Assembly (NCBI RefSeq): GCF_026626685.1
Contig: NZ_JAPNJX010000021.1
Coordinates: 233,329 to 297,328 of the forward strand
Reading direction: 5' to 3'
Source of the DNA: Nannocystis sp. SCPEA4
GTDB taxonomy: Bacteria; Myxococcota_A; Polyangia; Nannocystales; Nannocystaceae
DNA: 64,000 bases
A program made the position numbers and the translations under genes. Of the stretch, positions 18,048 through 27,848 are shown piece by piece. The notes under the pieces were generated by a model. That model saw only the letters and a list, made by a program, of their open reading frames with translations, did no database searches and was not told where the DNA came from. The first letter of the stretch is position 1. Each line of letters opens with the position of its first letter.

Positions 18048-21000
18048 GTGGTACCTTGGGCGGCCCCGCTCGCGGCACCACGCCCCATGCCTGAAACTGC
18101 CGTCGCGCCCAAGCGCCAGCCCTCGCCTCACGATCTGCCTTGTCCGTTGCCGCCTGTGGCTCCTGGAGAGCCGCCGGAGCTGGCCGCGTTTCGAGCCAAG
18201 CCGAGCGACGACGCATTCTTGCGTCTGCGCCGGGCCTTCCGCGAGGCCGAGAACTGGAGCGGGCTCGCCACCTTGCTCGTCGTGCACGCCGCCGCGATCA
18301 CGGGTCCGCCGAAGGTCGGCGAGCTGTGCGTGCAGGCGTACGAGCTCTGGTACGACCGGGTCAAGGACAAGCCGCAGGCCGCCTACGCGCTCGTACGGGC
18401 GCTGCAGGCCGAGCCGCACAACCATCGCGCCTTCGAGCTGCTGCGCAAGGTCTACCAGGAGATCGGCGCGCTGGACGAGCTCGCCACCCTCCTCAAGTTC
18501 CGCCTCGATCATCTGCGTCGGAACGATCGTGGGGCTGTGCCGGCCGCCCTGGTCGAGCTCGGCAAGGTCGACGAGCAGCGCTGTCAGGTCGACGAGGCGA
18601 TCGCTTGCTACAGGGCCGCGCTCGACATCAACCATGGCGAGCGCGACGCCGCCGAGCAGCTGATCCGGCTGCACCTTCAGGCGGGCGCCTGGCTGCGGGT
18701 CATCGATCTGATCAACGCCGAGCTCGCGCGCACCGACGCGGTCCGCGAGCGCGAGCGGTTCGCCGCGCTGCACCTGCGGCTGGCGCGGATCGAGGCCGAG
18801 CAGCTCGAGAACATCCCCTCGGCCGCGCTCCACCTGCAGGCCGCGCTCAAGGCCAACCCTGACGACGTCGCCGCCTTGCGGGCGTTCGGCGCCCTCTACC
18901 TCGGCAGCGGCAAGGCCAGCGACGAGGGCCTGCAGAAGGCCGCCGACGTGTTCTTTCGGGCAGCCAAGCTCGCGCGCAGCCAGGGCGACGACAAGATCGC
19001 CTACAACCTCCTGCGCCGGGCCATGAGCCTGCGCCCCGATCACCACGAGGCCGGCAACGCGCTGGCCGAGCTGTTGATGGCGCAGGAGAAGTGGATGGAG
19101 CTCGACGACCTCTACGGCGCCTGGATCGGCTACGTCACCGAGGCCGACAGCTACGGCCTGTGGCTGTCGCGCGGCGAGCTGCTCGAGACCCGCCTCGCCC
19201 GCCGCGAGGAGGCGCGCGCCTGCTACGAGCAGGCCTCGCGGCTCGAGCGACCCGGCGGCGACGCCTGGCTGCGGCTCGAGGCCCTGCTCGTCGAGCTCGG
19301 CGACAACCACGCCCTCGTCGGCCTGTACGAGCGCTGGTCGGAGCAGGACCCGAGCAGCTTGTCGACCGACAAGCTGCTGTGGGCCGCCCGCGTCGCCCGC
19401 GAGGACCTCGGCGACGAGGAGCGGGCCGCCGTCGCCTTCTACCGCGTGCTCGAGCGCGAGCCCTTCAACCACGAGGCGTTCGAGGGCTACAAGGAGCACT
19501 GGCGGCGCAAGAACAACTGGTCGCACCTCGCCGGCCTCATCCTCTACCAGGTCGACCAGGCGCTGCAGATGGGCGGCGGCCCCGACAGCCCGCTCGCGCG
19601 CAGCGAGTTCGCCGAGCACTTCGTCGAGCTGGCCGAGATCTACGAGCGCCGCCTCGGCGACCTCGCCGGCGCCCTCGACGCGTGGAACCGGCTCGCGCTG
19701 GCCTACCCCAACGACTGGCGCCCGCGCGACCAGATCGCCCGCATCGACAAGCGCGCGCGCATGCTCGACGCCAACCTCGCCACCCTCGAGGCCGAGCTGC
19801 AGCGCACCGTCGATCCGCAGCGGCGCTTCGAGGTGCTGCGGCGGCTGTCGCAGGCCCACCGCGAGCGCATGACCGACCCGCAGCGCACCATCGTCCTGCT
19901 GCAGGAGATGCTGGCGCTGGCGCCCGGCCACGAGGGGGCCCTGCGGGCGCTCGCGGAGATGTACGAACGGACAGGTGCTTACGACCAGGTCATCGACCTG
20001 CTGCGGCGCCAGCACGACGTCACCCGCAGCATCTCGCAGCGGGTGGTCCTGCTGCGGCGCATGGCCGAGCTGTGGCAGCACGAGCTGCACAGCCCGCGCG
20101 AGGCGCTGTGGGCCTGCGAGCAGATCCTCGGCTACAGCCCGTCCGACCTCGACGCCGTCCACCGCATGCAGGGCCTGTCGTCCGAGCTCGGCGACGCCGG
20201 CGGCGAGTACGAGGCCCTCTCGCGCGAGCTGCAGCTGGTCGGCGAACCGGCCCAGCGCACCCGCATCATCCGGCGCATGGCCGACGTCGCCGACCGCAAG
20301 CTGCAAGATCCGCAGCGCTCGGCCCAGGCGTGGACGCAGCTGCAGGCCGCCGACCCGCACAACCTCGAGGTCACCGACAAGCTGATCGCCGCCTACGAGG
20401 CGCTCGGCAACCGCGAGGAGCTGGCCAACCTGCTCGGCAAGGCCGCCAGTTCGGCGCGCACCCCCGCGATCCGCCAGCTCGACTACCTCATGCGCCTGGG
20501 CCACGTCGCCGAGGCCTCGCTCGGCGACGCCGACCTGGCCTGCTCGGCCTTCGAGCGCGCGCTGCGGATCCACCGCGACCACCGCGGCGCCACCGAGGCG
20601 CTGACCCGCCTCTACCGCAACCTCGGCAGCTGGCACGGCCTCGCCGCCTCGCTCGGCACCCTGCAGGAGATGGCCGACAGCGACGAGGAGGCGCTCGGCA
20701 TCGGCTGGGAGCGCGCCGAGATCCTGGCCGACCGCCTCGACAACCCGGCGGCCGCCATCCGCGTGCTCGAGCAGCTCGCCTCGACCTCCGCCGTCGGCCA
20801 CCGCGACGTCGCCCTCAAGCTGCTCGAGCTGTACGAGCGCGCCGGCCAGTACGACCGCCTGATCCGCCAGGCCGAGGTGCTGCTGCTGTCCGCGCTCGAG
20901 ACCGACGAGCGGCGCGAGCTGTTCTCGCTGATCGCCCGCAACTACGTCGTCAACCTCAACCAGCCGCAGAAGGCCATCGCCGCGTTCCAGCGGTTCATGC

Positions 21001-24000
21001 GCGAGGAGCCCGACGACAGCGAGGGCCTCAAGGTCCTCGGCGAGCTGCAGACCATGGCCGGGGACCACCAGGCCACCCTCGACACGCTCGCCAAGCGGCT
21101 CGAGAGCCTCACCGACGCCGCCCAGCAGGTCGTCACTCTCGAGCAGATGGCCGAGGTGTGCGAGTACGGGCTCGGCCACGCCAAGCGGGCGCTCGCGCTG
21201 CTCGGGCGGGCTCTCGGCATCGCCCCCGGCAGCCGCGACCTCAAGACCAAGATCGAGGCGTTCGCCGAGCGCCACGGCATGTACAAGGACCTGCTCGTCG
21301 TCTACGGCGAGCGCTTCACCGAGATGAGCGGCCGGGCCGAGAGCCGCGGCCAGATCGACCTCTGCCTCGGCGCCTCGGCCACCGCCGAGAAGAAGATCGG
21401 CGACGCCGACCTCGCGTTCGCCTGGGCGCGCAAGGCCTACTTCGTGGCCCTGCGCGCCGGCCTCGACGCCGGCCCCGTGCTCGACCGCCTCGAGGGCCTG
21501 GCCCAGGCCCACGGCCTGTGGCCGCAGATGCTCGAGGTCAGCGAGCAGGAGCTCGCCTTCCAGGAGAAGACCCCCAACTACGGCGACTTCGGCACCATCG
21601 CCCTCCTGATGTCCGCCGCCGAGATCGCCCGCGAGCGCCTCGGCGACCCCGCGCGCTCGATCGGCTACCTGCAGCGCGCCTACAAGCTGCGCCCCGACGA
21701 CGAGGATCTCGGGCGCCAGATCGAGGCCCTCGCCGAGGCGCACAAGATGTGGCAGGCGCTGATCGACCTGCACGAGGCCCGGCTCGCCCGCGCCAAGACC
21801 GGCCTCGGCCGCTTCGACCCCTGCACCGCGATCGCCAAGATCTACGAGCGCCACCTCGACGATCCCAGGCGCGCCTTCCAGTGGTTGCGCCGGGCCGAGA
21901 ACGATTTGCGGCCCGCCGATCCGTCGCTCGCCGAGGAGGCCGCCGGCCTGATGACCGAGCTGGCCCAGCGCCATCAATTGTGGCCCGAGCTCGCCGATCA
22001 CCACCGCGGCCTCGCGCTCGCCAAGCTGCAGCGGAGCGAGCGCGGCGGTCTCAATCAGCTCAAGGACTCGGCCCGCATCGACTACGAGAAGCGCCAGGAT
22101 CCGCTGGCCGCCCTGCGGACCCTGCGGCTCGGCGTCGCCTACGACCGCGACGGCGCTGCGCTGATGCCCGCGATCGAGGCGATGGCCGCCAAGGTCGACG
22201 AGAACCGCAGCCCCGACACCCCGCCGACCGGCGCCCTGACCCTGCTGTCGGTCACCCAGCAGATCATCGGCCAGACCGTCGACCCCGCGCTCAAGCTGCA
22301 GCTGCTCAAACGGCGCGCCGAGCTGCGCGCCGGCCTCGGCGACACCGCCGGCGCCATCGCCGAGTGGCTGCGCGCCCTCTCGCTCCACCCCGGCAGCGAG
22401 GAGGCCCGCTTCGAGCTCGACCGCCTGGCCGAGCGCGACAACCTGTGGCACCTCCTCCTGCTCGCGCCCGCCGCCGAGCTGCACTTCGGGACAGGCAAGG
22501 CCCAGCAGGGCAAGCTCCTGACCCAGATCGCCGAGCTCTACGAGAACTGCCTCGGCCGGCCCGAGTACGCCCTGCGGGCCCGGATCGCCGCGTGGAAGCT
22601 GCACGGCGACCTGCCGCCGGAGAAGGGCGAGCTCGGCCCGACCCACGCCAAGATGTGGCACCTCGCCGGCCTGACCGGCACCTACCTCACCCCGCAGCCG
22701 GTGCGCGACCCGCTGTTGTGGCCGCAGATCGCCCCGCCCGAGCTGGCCGACCGCGACCAGTGGCGCAAGCTCGGCCTCGACCCCGACACCCTCGCCCCGC
22801 GGATCGCCAAGAAGGTGCGGAGCAAGGAAGAGTCGAGCGTCGTCGAGCTCGACGACATCGAGGAGGTCTCGCGCCCGACCACCGAGATCCTCCTGTCCGA
22901 GCTCGAGCCGCTCGGCGATTTCCGCCGCGGCGGCGCCGAGGTCGTCGCCCGCCCGGGCAAGGGCGTCGCCTCCGACACGCACACCAACATCGTCGACATC
23001 GCCGAGCTCGAGCCGATCGAGGCCTCGGTGGCCACCACGACCAAGATCCGGCCCGCGCGGCCGGCCCGCGGCGAGACCGACATCGTCGACATCGCCGAGC
23101 TCGAGCCGGTCGAGGCCTCCGTCTCGGTCAGCGTGCGCGCGGCCGGATTGGCGCGCCAGGACAGCGGCGTGTTCGACCTCGCCGACCTCGAGCCGATCGA
23201 GGACAGCCTGGTCGGTCCGGCGCCGAAGCGCCCGGGCGGCGAGACCTCGGGCGTGCTCGACCTCGACGAGATGCTCGAGCTCGACGACGACGTCCCGCGG
23301 CCCACCTCGGCCAAGCCGTCGCTGCCGCGCCCGGCCGCCAAGCCGCTCAAGACGGCCCCGCCGCGCCCGCCCGGCGGCAAGCCGGTCGCCAAGGCCCCGC
23401 CGCCGACGCGCCGGCCCGCCGCCCCGCCGCCGCCGTCGCGCCCGCCGGCCGCGCCCGAACCTGTCCCTGCGGCCAGCTTGCCGCCCCCGCCCCCGGTCGC
23501 CAGCCGCGAGCTGATCGACGCCGTCACCGCCGGCCTGCCGCCGCTGCCCGAGCTCGACGCCCCGGTCCTGCCGGCCCGCCCCTCGGCCAGCTCCGCCTGG
23601 CACGAGCTGGCCCACGCCTACGCCTCGGTGGTCCCCGCCAGCAAGTCCGAGCGCGCCGGCCTCCAGCGCCTGCTCGCCCGCCTGTGGGACGAGGGCGCCG
23701 GCATGCCCGAGGCCGCGATCGAGCGCCTCGAGGAGGCCCTCGCGCTCGTGCCCGACGACCAGACCGCGCTCGCCGGCCTCGTCGACCTGTCCGAAAAGGC
23801 AGGTGACCCCGAGCGCCTGATCGCCGCGCTCTCGCGCCTGCTCGGCGACCTCACCCTGCCCGAGCACATCGTCGCCTATCACCTGCGCCTCGCCGACCTG
23901 TACGAACAGACAGGTCAGCCCGAGCGCGCCGAGGAGCAGTACCGCGGCGTGCTCGCGGTGTCGGCGAAGCACCTGCCGGCGCTGCGCAGCCTGGCCGCGC

Positions 24001-27000
24001 TGCACGCCAAGACCGGCCGCGAGCGCGAGGCCGCCGAGGCGTCGGCGCGTCTCTACGACGCCGAGGCCGACGGCCTCACGCTCGAGGAGCGGATCCCCCG
24101 TGTCCTCCAGCTCGCGCGCGACCTCGCCTACCGCGCCGACCGCTCGCTCGAGGCCATCCGCCGCCTCGACGCGCTGGTCAAGGAGACCCCCGAGACCGCC
24201 GACGTCCACGCCGAGCTGATCGAGATCCTCCAGCGCGAGGGCCTGTGGGTCCGCGCGGTCGAGGCCCTGCGCTGGGCCGCCGAGGTCGTGCCCAACCCCG
24301 ACGCGCGCGTGCGCTGCCTGGCCCGCGCCGCCCTCCTCACCGAGGAGCGCCTCGGCCAGATCGACGCCGCGATCGCCACCTGGTCCGAAGTGCTGGTCCT
24401 CCACCCCGATGACCCCGACGCGCTGGCCCGCCTGCAGAACCTCTACCTGCGCAGCGAGCAGTACGCCAAGCTGCTGCCGGTCCTCGACCGCCGCCTGGCC
24501 CAGGTCGCCCCCGGCGACCGCGACGCCCGGATCGCCCTGCTCGTCGTCAAGGCCCGCGCCCTGCAAGAGGGCCAGGGCGACGAGATCGCCGCGCTCGAGA
24601 CCCTCGAGACCCTCGCCGCCGAGGCGCCCGAGAACGACGACGTCGTGCTCGGCCTGTCCCGCCTCTACCGCAAGGGCGGCCGGCTCGACGACGGCATCGA
24701 GATGCTGCGCCGCCGCCTGGCCGAGATCATGAGCGACATGGAGGCGCGCCTCGAGCCGGTCGAGGACGAGCCGCTGCCGTTCGACATCCCCGAGCCGGTC
24801 TCGCCGGCGCTGGCGGCCCGCCGCCTGCGCGTCGCCGAGGCGCTGGCGACCGCCCTGGCCGAAGAGGCAGGCGACCCGCGCGGCGCGCTCGAGACCCTCG
24901 ACGAGGCGCTCGCCGCCGCCCCGCCGGAGGCCGCCCTCGGCCTGCAGCAGCGCCGCGTCGCCCTCGCCCGCGCCCTCGGCGACGACCGCGTGCTCGCCGT
25001 CAGCCTCGCCGCCGTCGGCGAGCCCGACGGCATCCTCGAGGCCGCCGCGATCGCCCGCGACCGCCTGCGCGAGCCCGAACTGGCGGCCCAGCTGTTCACC
25101 CGCGTGCTGTCCGAGCTGGCCCCCGGCGCCCCGCAGCGCAGCCGTCGGCTGTCGCAGGCGATCGAGGGCCTGGTCGGCCTGCGCCTGGCCGCCGGCGACC
25201 TCGACGGCGCCGACGCCCTGCTCGACGCCCAGCTGGCCCAGATCGACGACCCCGAGATCCGCGCCCGGATCCTCACCGAGAGCGGCCGCGCCCTGCTGCG
25301 CGGCGGCCAGGACTTCGCCCGCGCCCGCCGCCGCTTCGAGGCCGCCCTCGCCGTCGACCCCGACCACGCGCCCGCGCGCCTGGCCCTCGGCTCCGCGCTG
25401 ATCGACGCCGGTCTGCACGCCGAGGCCGAGGCCGCGCTCGAGGCCGCGGTCGAGGCGTTCGGCCTCACCCGCGATCAGCCACGCCTGGTCGAGGGCCTCC
25501 TGCTGCTCGCGCACCTGTTCGAACGGACAGATCGCGCAAACGAGGCCTATCGCCGGCTGTCGATGGCCCTGCGCCACGTCCCCGACGACCTCGAGATCCG
25601 CGCCGCCATGGCCCACAACCGCGCCGCCGCCGGCCGCCACCGCGACGCCGTCGCCGCGCTCGAGCCGGTCGAGCAGCGCCTGGCCGCCGGCACGCCGATC
25701 CCGGCCGAGCGCGCCCCCGTGGTCGCCGACCTGCTGATCCTCGCCGCCGAGTGCGACGCCAAGCAGAACGCCCCCGCCGAGCGGCTCGCCGCCCGCTACG
25801 CCCGCGCGCTCGAGCTGGCGCCGCGCCACCGCAAGGCCCGCGCGGCCCTGGCCCAGCTGGCCCAAGAGTCGGGCAGACTGGTCGATGCGGCCGAGCACAC
25901 CCTCGCCCTCGCCGACCTCGAGACCGACCCCGAGGCGCGCGGCCGGGCCCTGCTCGGCGCCGGCATGCTGTTCCACGAGGCGGCCGGCGCCGCCGCCGAG
26001 GCCGGCGAGGAGACGGTGGCCAGCAGCTCGGCGCAGAAGATCCTCGCGGCCGCCTTCGAGGCCGTGCAGGCCGGCCTGGCGCTGATCCAGGACATCCCGC
26101 ACCCGGTCGTCGAGCGCCGCCAGCTCGAGGCCGCCTTCTGGACCGCCGTCCCGCGCAACGCCGCCATCGCCCTCGGCTGCCTCGACCGCCTGCTGCACCA
26201 CCCCGACCTGCGCGAGGCCAAGCGCGCCGCCTTCCTGCTCGAGGGCGTGCGGATCGCCCTCCAGCGCGGCGAGCCCGGCGACCCGGCGCGCGCCCTCGGC
26301 TACGCCCGCGCCGCCGCCCTGCTCCTGCCCGACGCCGCCGGCCCGATCCACGCCCTCGTGGACGCGCTACGCGCCGCCGGGAACGACGACGAGATCGAGC
26401 CGGCCGTGCGCGCCTTCCTCGGCCGCGAGGCCCTGCAGCAGCCGCCTGGCGACCTCCGCGAGGCCCGCGATCGCCAGCGCCTCCTGGTCTGGCTGTCCGA
26501 CCTGGTCCTCCAGGCCGACCCGCCGGCTGACCCTGCGGACAGCCGCCCCGCCCAGGCCATCCGCCTGCTCGAGCGGGCCGCCGAGCTCGACCCGGCCGGC
26601 CTCGGTCTGGTCCCGCGGCGCCAGCTGGCCAGGCTTTACGCCGACGCCAAGATCCAGGGCCCGCAGGTGCGCAGCAACTCCGACGCGCTGCTGCACCTCG
26701 ACCCGCTCGACGAGGCCAGCCTGGCCGCCCTCGCCCGCCACTGCGCCGAGACCGGCGAGCGCGACCGCGCCCACGCGATCCATCAGTTGCTGCGGATCGT
26801 CAGTCCCGGCCACGCCGAGGCTGGCGCCTTCCTGTCGAGCAACGAGCTGGTGTCGGTGCGCAGCGGCAAGCTCGATCCGGCGACGGTGCTCGACGCGGCC
26901 CCGGCCGACGCCGGCGTCGTTCCGGCCATGACCGCGCTGTGGGAGGGCGCCGCGGAGCTGCTGGCGGAGGAGCTGCCGCGCCCGCAGTTCAGCGAGGCCG

Positions 27001-27713
27001 CCTGGATCGAGGCCGAGACCGACAAGGACACCCTGCTGTGGAAGGTCTGGACCGAGCTCGGGACCCAGCTCCCGGCTCAGGGCGTGCGCCTCGCCGACAT
27101 CGCGCTGATCCCCGACGGCAAGGTCGACGGCGGCTGGGTCAACGTCTCCGCCGTGCATTCGCCGGTGATCCTCGTCGGCCCCGCGGCGCGCGCCGAGACC
27201 ACCGCCCCGCGCCTGCGCTTCGCCCTCGGCCGCGCGCTGTTCTTCACCCGTCCGGCCGCGATCCTGGTCGCCGGCCTGCCGAGGCCGATCTTCGCCGGCG
27301 TCCTCGCGGCCGCGCTGCAGGCCTTCCACCCGCGCCACACCCGGCGCGTGCGGGGCCGCGACGAGGCCGACCTGGCCGCGCGGCTCGGCCAGACCCTCGC
27401 GCGCAAGCTGCCGATCCGGCTCGCGCGCCAGCTCAGCACCCAGTTCAAGGAGCGCGAGCAGGAGGGCTTCGACAGCCGCGACTGGCGCGCGTGGGTCCAG
27501 CGCTCCGGCGATCGCGTCGGCCTGTGCCTGTCGCGCAACCTCGGCGCCGCCCTCGACATCCTCGGCCTGCCCCAAGAGCCAGGTGAACGCAGCGCCGCCC
27601 TCAAGGCCCGCGCCGCCCACGACGGCGACCTCCGCGACCTGCTGGTGTTCGCCGTCAGCCCGGCCTACGTCGCGGCCCGGCGCGGCCTCGGCTTCGAGGT
27701 CAAGACCCGCTGA
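18048..27713 (+). CDS. Giant tetratricopeptide-repeat (TPR) protein, 3221 aa, with a central Pro-rich and acidic-repeat linker. The start may instead be ATG 18087.
   Basis: ORF track. It has TPR-like helical repeats throughout, the recurrent 'YERTG'-type motif, and host-like GC3 codon usage. Confidence 0.85.
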   Translation: MVPWAAPLAAPRPMPETAVAPKRQPSPHDLPCPLPPVAPGEPPELAAFRAKPSDDAFLRLRRAFREAENWSGLATLLVVHAAAITGPPKVGELCVQAYELWYDRVKDKPQAAYALVRALQAEPHNHRAFELLRKVYQEIGALDELATLLKFRLDHLRRNDRGAVPAALVELGKVDEQRCQVDEAIACYRAALDINHGERDAAEQLIRLHLQAGAWLRVIDLINAELARTDAVRERERFAALHLRLARIEAEQLENIPSAALHLQAALKANPDDVAALRAFGALYLGSGKASDEGLQKAADVFFRAAKLARSQGDDKIAYNLLRRAMSLRPDHHEAGNALAELLMAQEKWMELDDLYGAWIGYVTEADSYGLWLSRGELLETRLARREEARACYEQASRLERPGGDAWLRLEALLVELGDNHALVGLYERWSEQDPSSLSTDKLLWAARVAREDLGDEERAAVAFYRVLEREPFNHEAFEGYKEHWRRKNNWSHLAGLILYQVDQALQMGGGPDSPLARSEFAEHFVELAEIYERRLGDLAGALDAWNRLALAYPNDWRPRDQIARIDKRARMLDANLATLEAELQRTVDPQRRFEVLRRLSQAHRERMTDPQRTIVLLQEMLALAPGHEGALRALAEMYERTGAYDQVIDLLRRQHDVTRSISQRVVLLRRMAELWQHELHSPREALWACEQILGYSPSDLDAVHRMQGLSSELGDAGGEYEALSRELQLVGEPAQRTRIIRRMADVADRKLQDPQRSAQAWTQLQAADPHNLEVTDKLIAAYEALGNREELANLLGKAASSARTPAIRQLDYLMRLGHVAEASLGDADLACSAFERALRIHRDHRGATEALTRLYRNLGSWHGLAASLGTLQEMADSDEEALGIGWERAEILADRLDNPAAAIRVLEQLASTSAVGHRDVALKLLELYERAGQYDRLIRQAEVLLLSALETDERRELFSLIARNYVVNLNQPQKAIAAFQRFMREEPDDSEGLKVLGELQTMAGDHQATLDTLAKRLESLTDAAQQVVTLEQMAEVCEYGLGHAKRALALLGRALGIAPGSRDLKTKIEAFAERHGMYKDLLVVYGERFTEMSGRAESRGQIDLCLGASATAEKKIGDADLAFAWARKAYFVALRAGLDAGPVLDRLEGLAQAHGLWPQMLEVSEQELAFQEKTPNYGDFGTIALLMSAAEIARERLGDPARSIGYLQRAYKLRPDDEDLGRQIEALAEAHKMWQALIDLHEARLARAKTGLGRFDPCTAIAKIYERHLDDPRRAFQWLRRAENDLRPADPSLAEEAAGLMTELAQRHQLWPELADHHRGLALAKLQRSERGGLNQLKDSARIDYEKRQDPLAALRTLRLGVAYDRDGAALMPAIEAMAAKVDENRSPDTPPTGALTLLSVTQQIIGQTVDPALKLQLLKRRAELRAGLGDTAGAIAEWLRALSLHPGSEEARFELDRLAERDNLWHLLLLAPAAELHFGTGKAQQGKLLTQIAELYENCLGRPEYALRARIAAWKLHGDLPPEKGELGPTHAKMWHLAGLTGTYLTPQPVRDPLLWPQIAPPELADRDQWRKLGLDPDTLAPRIAKKVRSKEESSVVELDDIEEVSRPTTEILLSELEPLGDFRRGGAEVVARPGKGVASDTHTNIVDIAELEPIEASVATTTKIRPARPARGETDIVDIAELEPVEASVSVSVRAAGLARQDSGVFDLADLEPIEDSLVGPAPKRPGGETSGVLDLDEMLELDDDVPRPTSAKPSLPRPAAKPLKTAPPRPPGGKPVAKAPPPTRRPAAPPPPSRPPAAPEPVPAASLPPPPPVASRELIDAVTAGLPPLPELDAPVLPARPSASSAWHELAHAYASVVPASKSERAGLQRLLARLWDEGAGMPEAAIERLEEALALVPDDQTALAGLVDLSEKAGDPERLIAALSRLLGDLTLPEHIVAYHLRLADLYEQTGQPERAEEQYRGVLAVSAKHLPALRSLAALHAKTGREREAAEASARLYDAEADGLTLEERIPRVLQLARDLAYRADRSLEAIRRLDALVKETPETADVHAELIEILQREGLWVRAVEALRWAAEVVPNPDARVRCLARAALLTEERLGQIDAAIATWSEVLVLHPDDPDALARLQNLYLRSEQYAKLLPVLDRRLAQVAPGDRDARIALLVVKARALQEGQGDEIAALETLETLAAEAPENDDVVLGLSRLYRKGGRLDDGIEMLRRRLAEIMSDMEARLEPVEDEPLPFDIPEPVSPALAARRLRVAEALATALAEEAGDPRGALETLDEALAAAPPEAALGLQQRRVALARALGDDRVLAVSLAAVGEPDGILEAAAIARDRLREPELAAQLFTRVLSELAPGAPQRSRRLSQAIEGLVGLRLAAGDLDGADALLDAQLAQIDDPEIRARILTESGRALLRGGQDFARARRRFEAALAVDPDHAPARLALGSALIDAGLHAEAEAALEAAVEAFGLTRDQPRLVEGLLLLAHLFERTDRANEAYRRLSMALRHVPDDLEIRAAMAHNRAAAGRHRDAVAALEPVEQRLAAGTPIPAERAPVVADLLILAAECDAKQNAPAERLAARYARALELAPRHRKARAALAQLAQESGRLVDAAEHTLALADLETDPEARGRALLGAGMLFHEAAGAAAEAGEETVASSSAQKILAAAFEAVQAGLALIQDIPHPVVERRQLEAAFWTAVPRNAAIALGCLDRLLHHPDLREAKRAAFLLEGVRIALQRGEPGDPARALGYARAAALLLPDAAGPIHALVDALRAAGNDDEIEPAVRAFLGREALQQPPGDLREARDRQRLLVWLSDLVLQADPPADPADSRPAQAIRLLERAAELDPAGLGLVPRRQLARLYADAKIQGPQVRSNSDALLHLDPLDEASLAALARHCAETGERDRAHAIHQLLRIVSPGHAEAGAFLSSNELVSVRSGKLDPATVLDAAPADAGVVPAMTALWEGAAELLAEELPRPQFSEAAWIEAETDKDTLLWKVWTELGTQLPAQGVRLADIALIPDGKVDGGWVNVSAVHSPVILVGPAARAETTAPRLRFALGRALFFTRPAAILVAGLPRPIFAGVLAAALQAFHPRHTRRVRGRDEADLAARLGQTLARKLPIRLARQLSTQFKEREQEGFDSRDWRAWVQRSGDRVGLCLSRNLGAALDILGLPQEPGERSAALKARAAHDGDLRDLLVFAVSPAYVAARRGLGFEVKTR

Positions 27714-27725
27714 CTTCAGGTCCAC

Positions 27726-27742
27726 GCGCACACCCTGTGCGC
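27726..27742 (+). terminator. Hairpin GCGCACA-ccc-TGTGCGC 13 nt after the TPR gene stop. It has no U-tract.
   Basis: Seen directly. It is a weak terminator candidate. Confidence 0.3.
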
Positions 27743-27848
27743 GTACCGGCCTGCGCACGGGCGGCCGCGCCGCGGCCTCGCCGATCGCCGTCGGCGTCAC
27801 GCGGCCCTTGCGGCGCCCGGCGAATCGTGGACAAATCGGTCCCTGCAC

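Noticed and set aside
19091-23806. A 1571-aa plus-strand alternative-frame ORF inside the TPR gene.
   Set aside because: Wrong frame. Its product is Arg/Pro/Ala-rich and shows no TPR periodicity.
16932-26351. A 3139-aa ORF on the minus strand spanning the whole TPR gene.
   Set aside because: It is antisense to a convincingly coding plus-strand gene. Its product is Gly/Ala/Arg/Glu low-complexity. It stays open only because GC3-rich antisense frames lack stops. Only its last 244 codons (16932-17666, a lipoprotein with signal peptide and lipobox) are treated as real.
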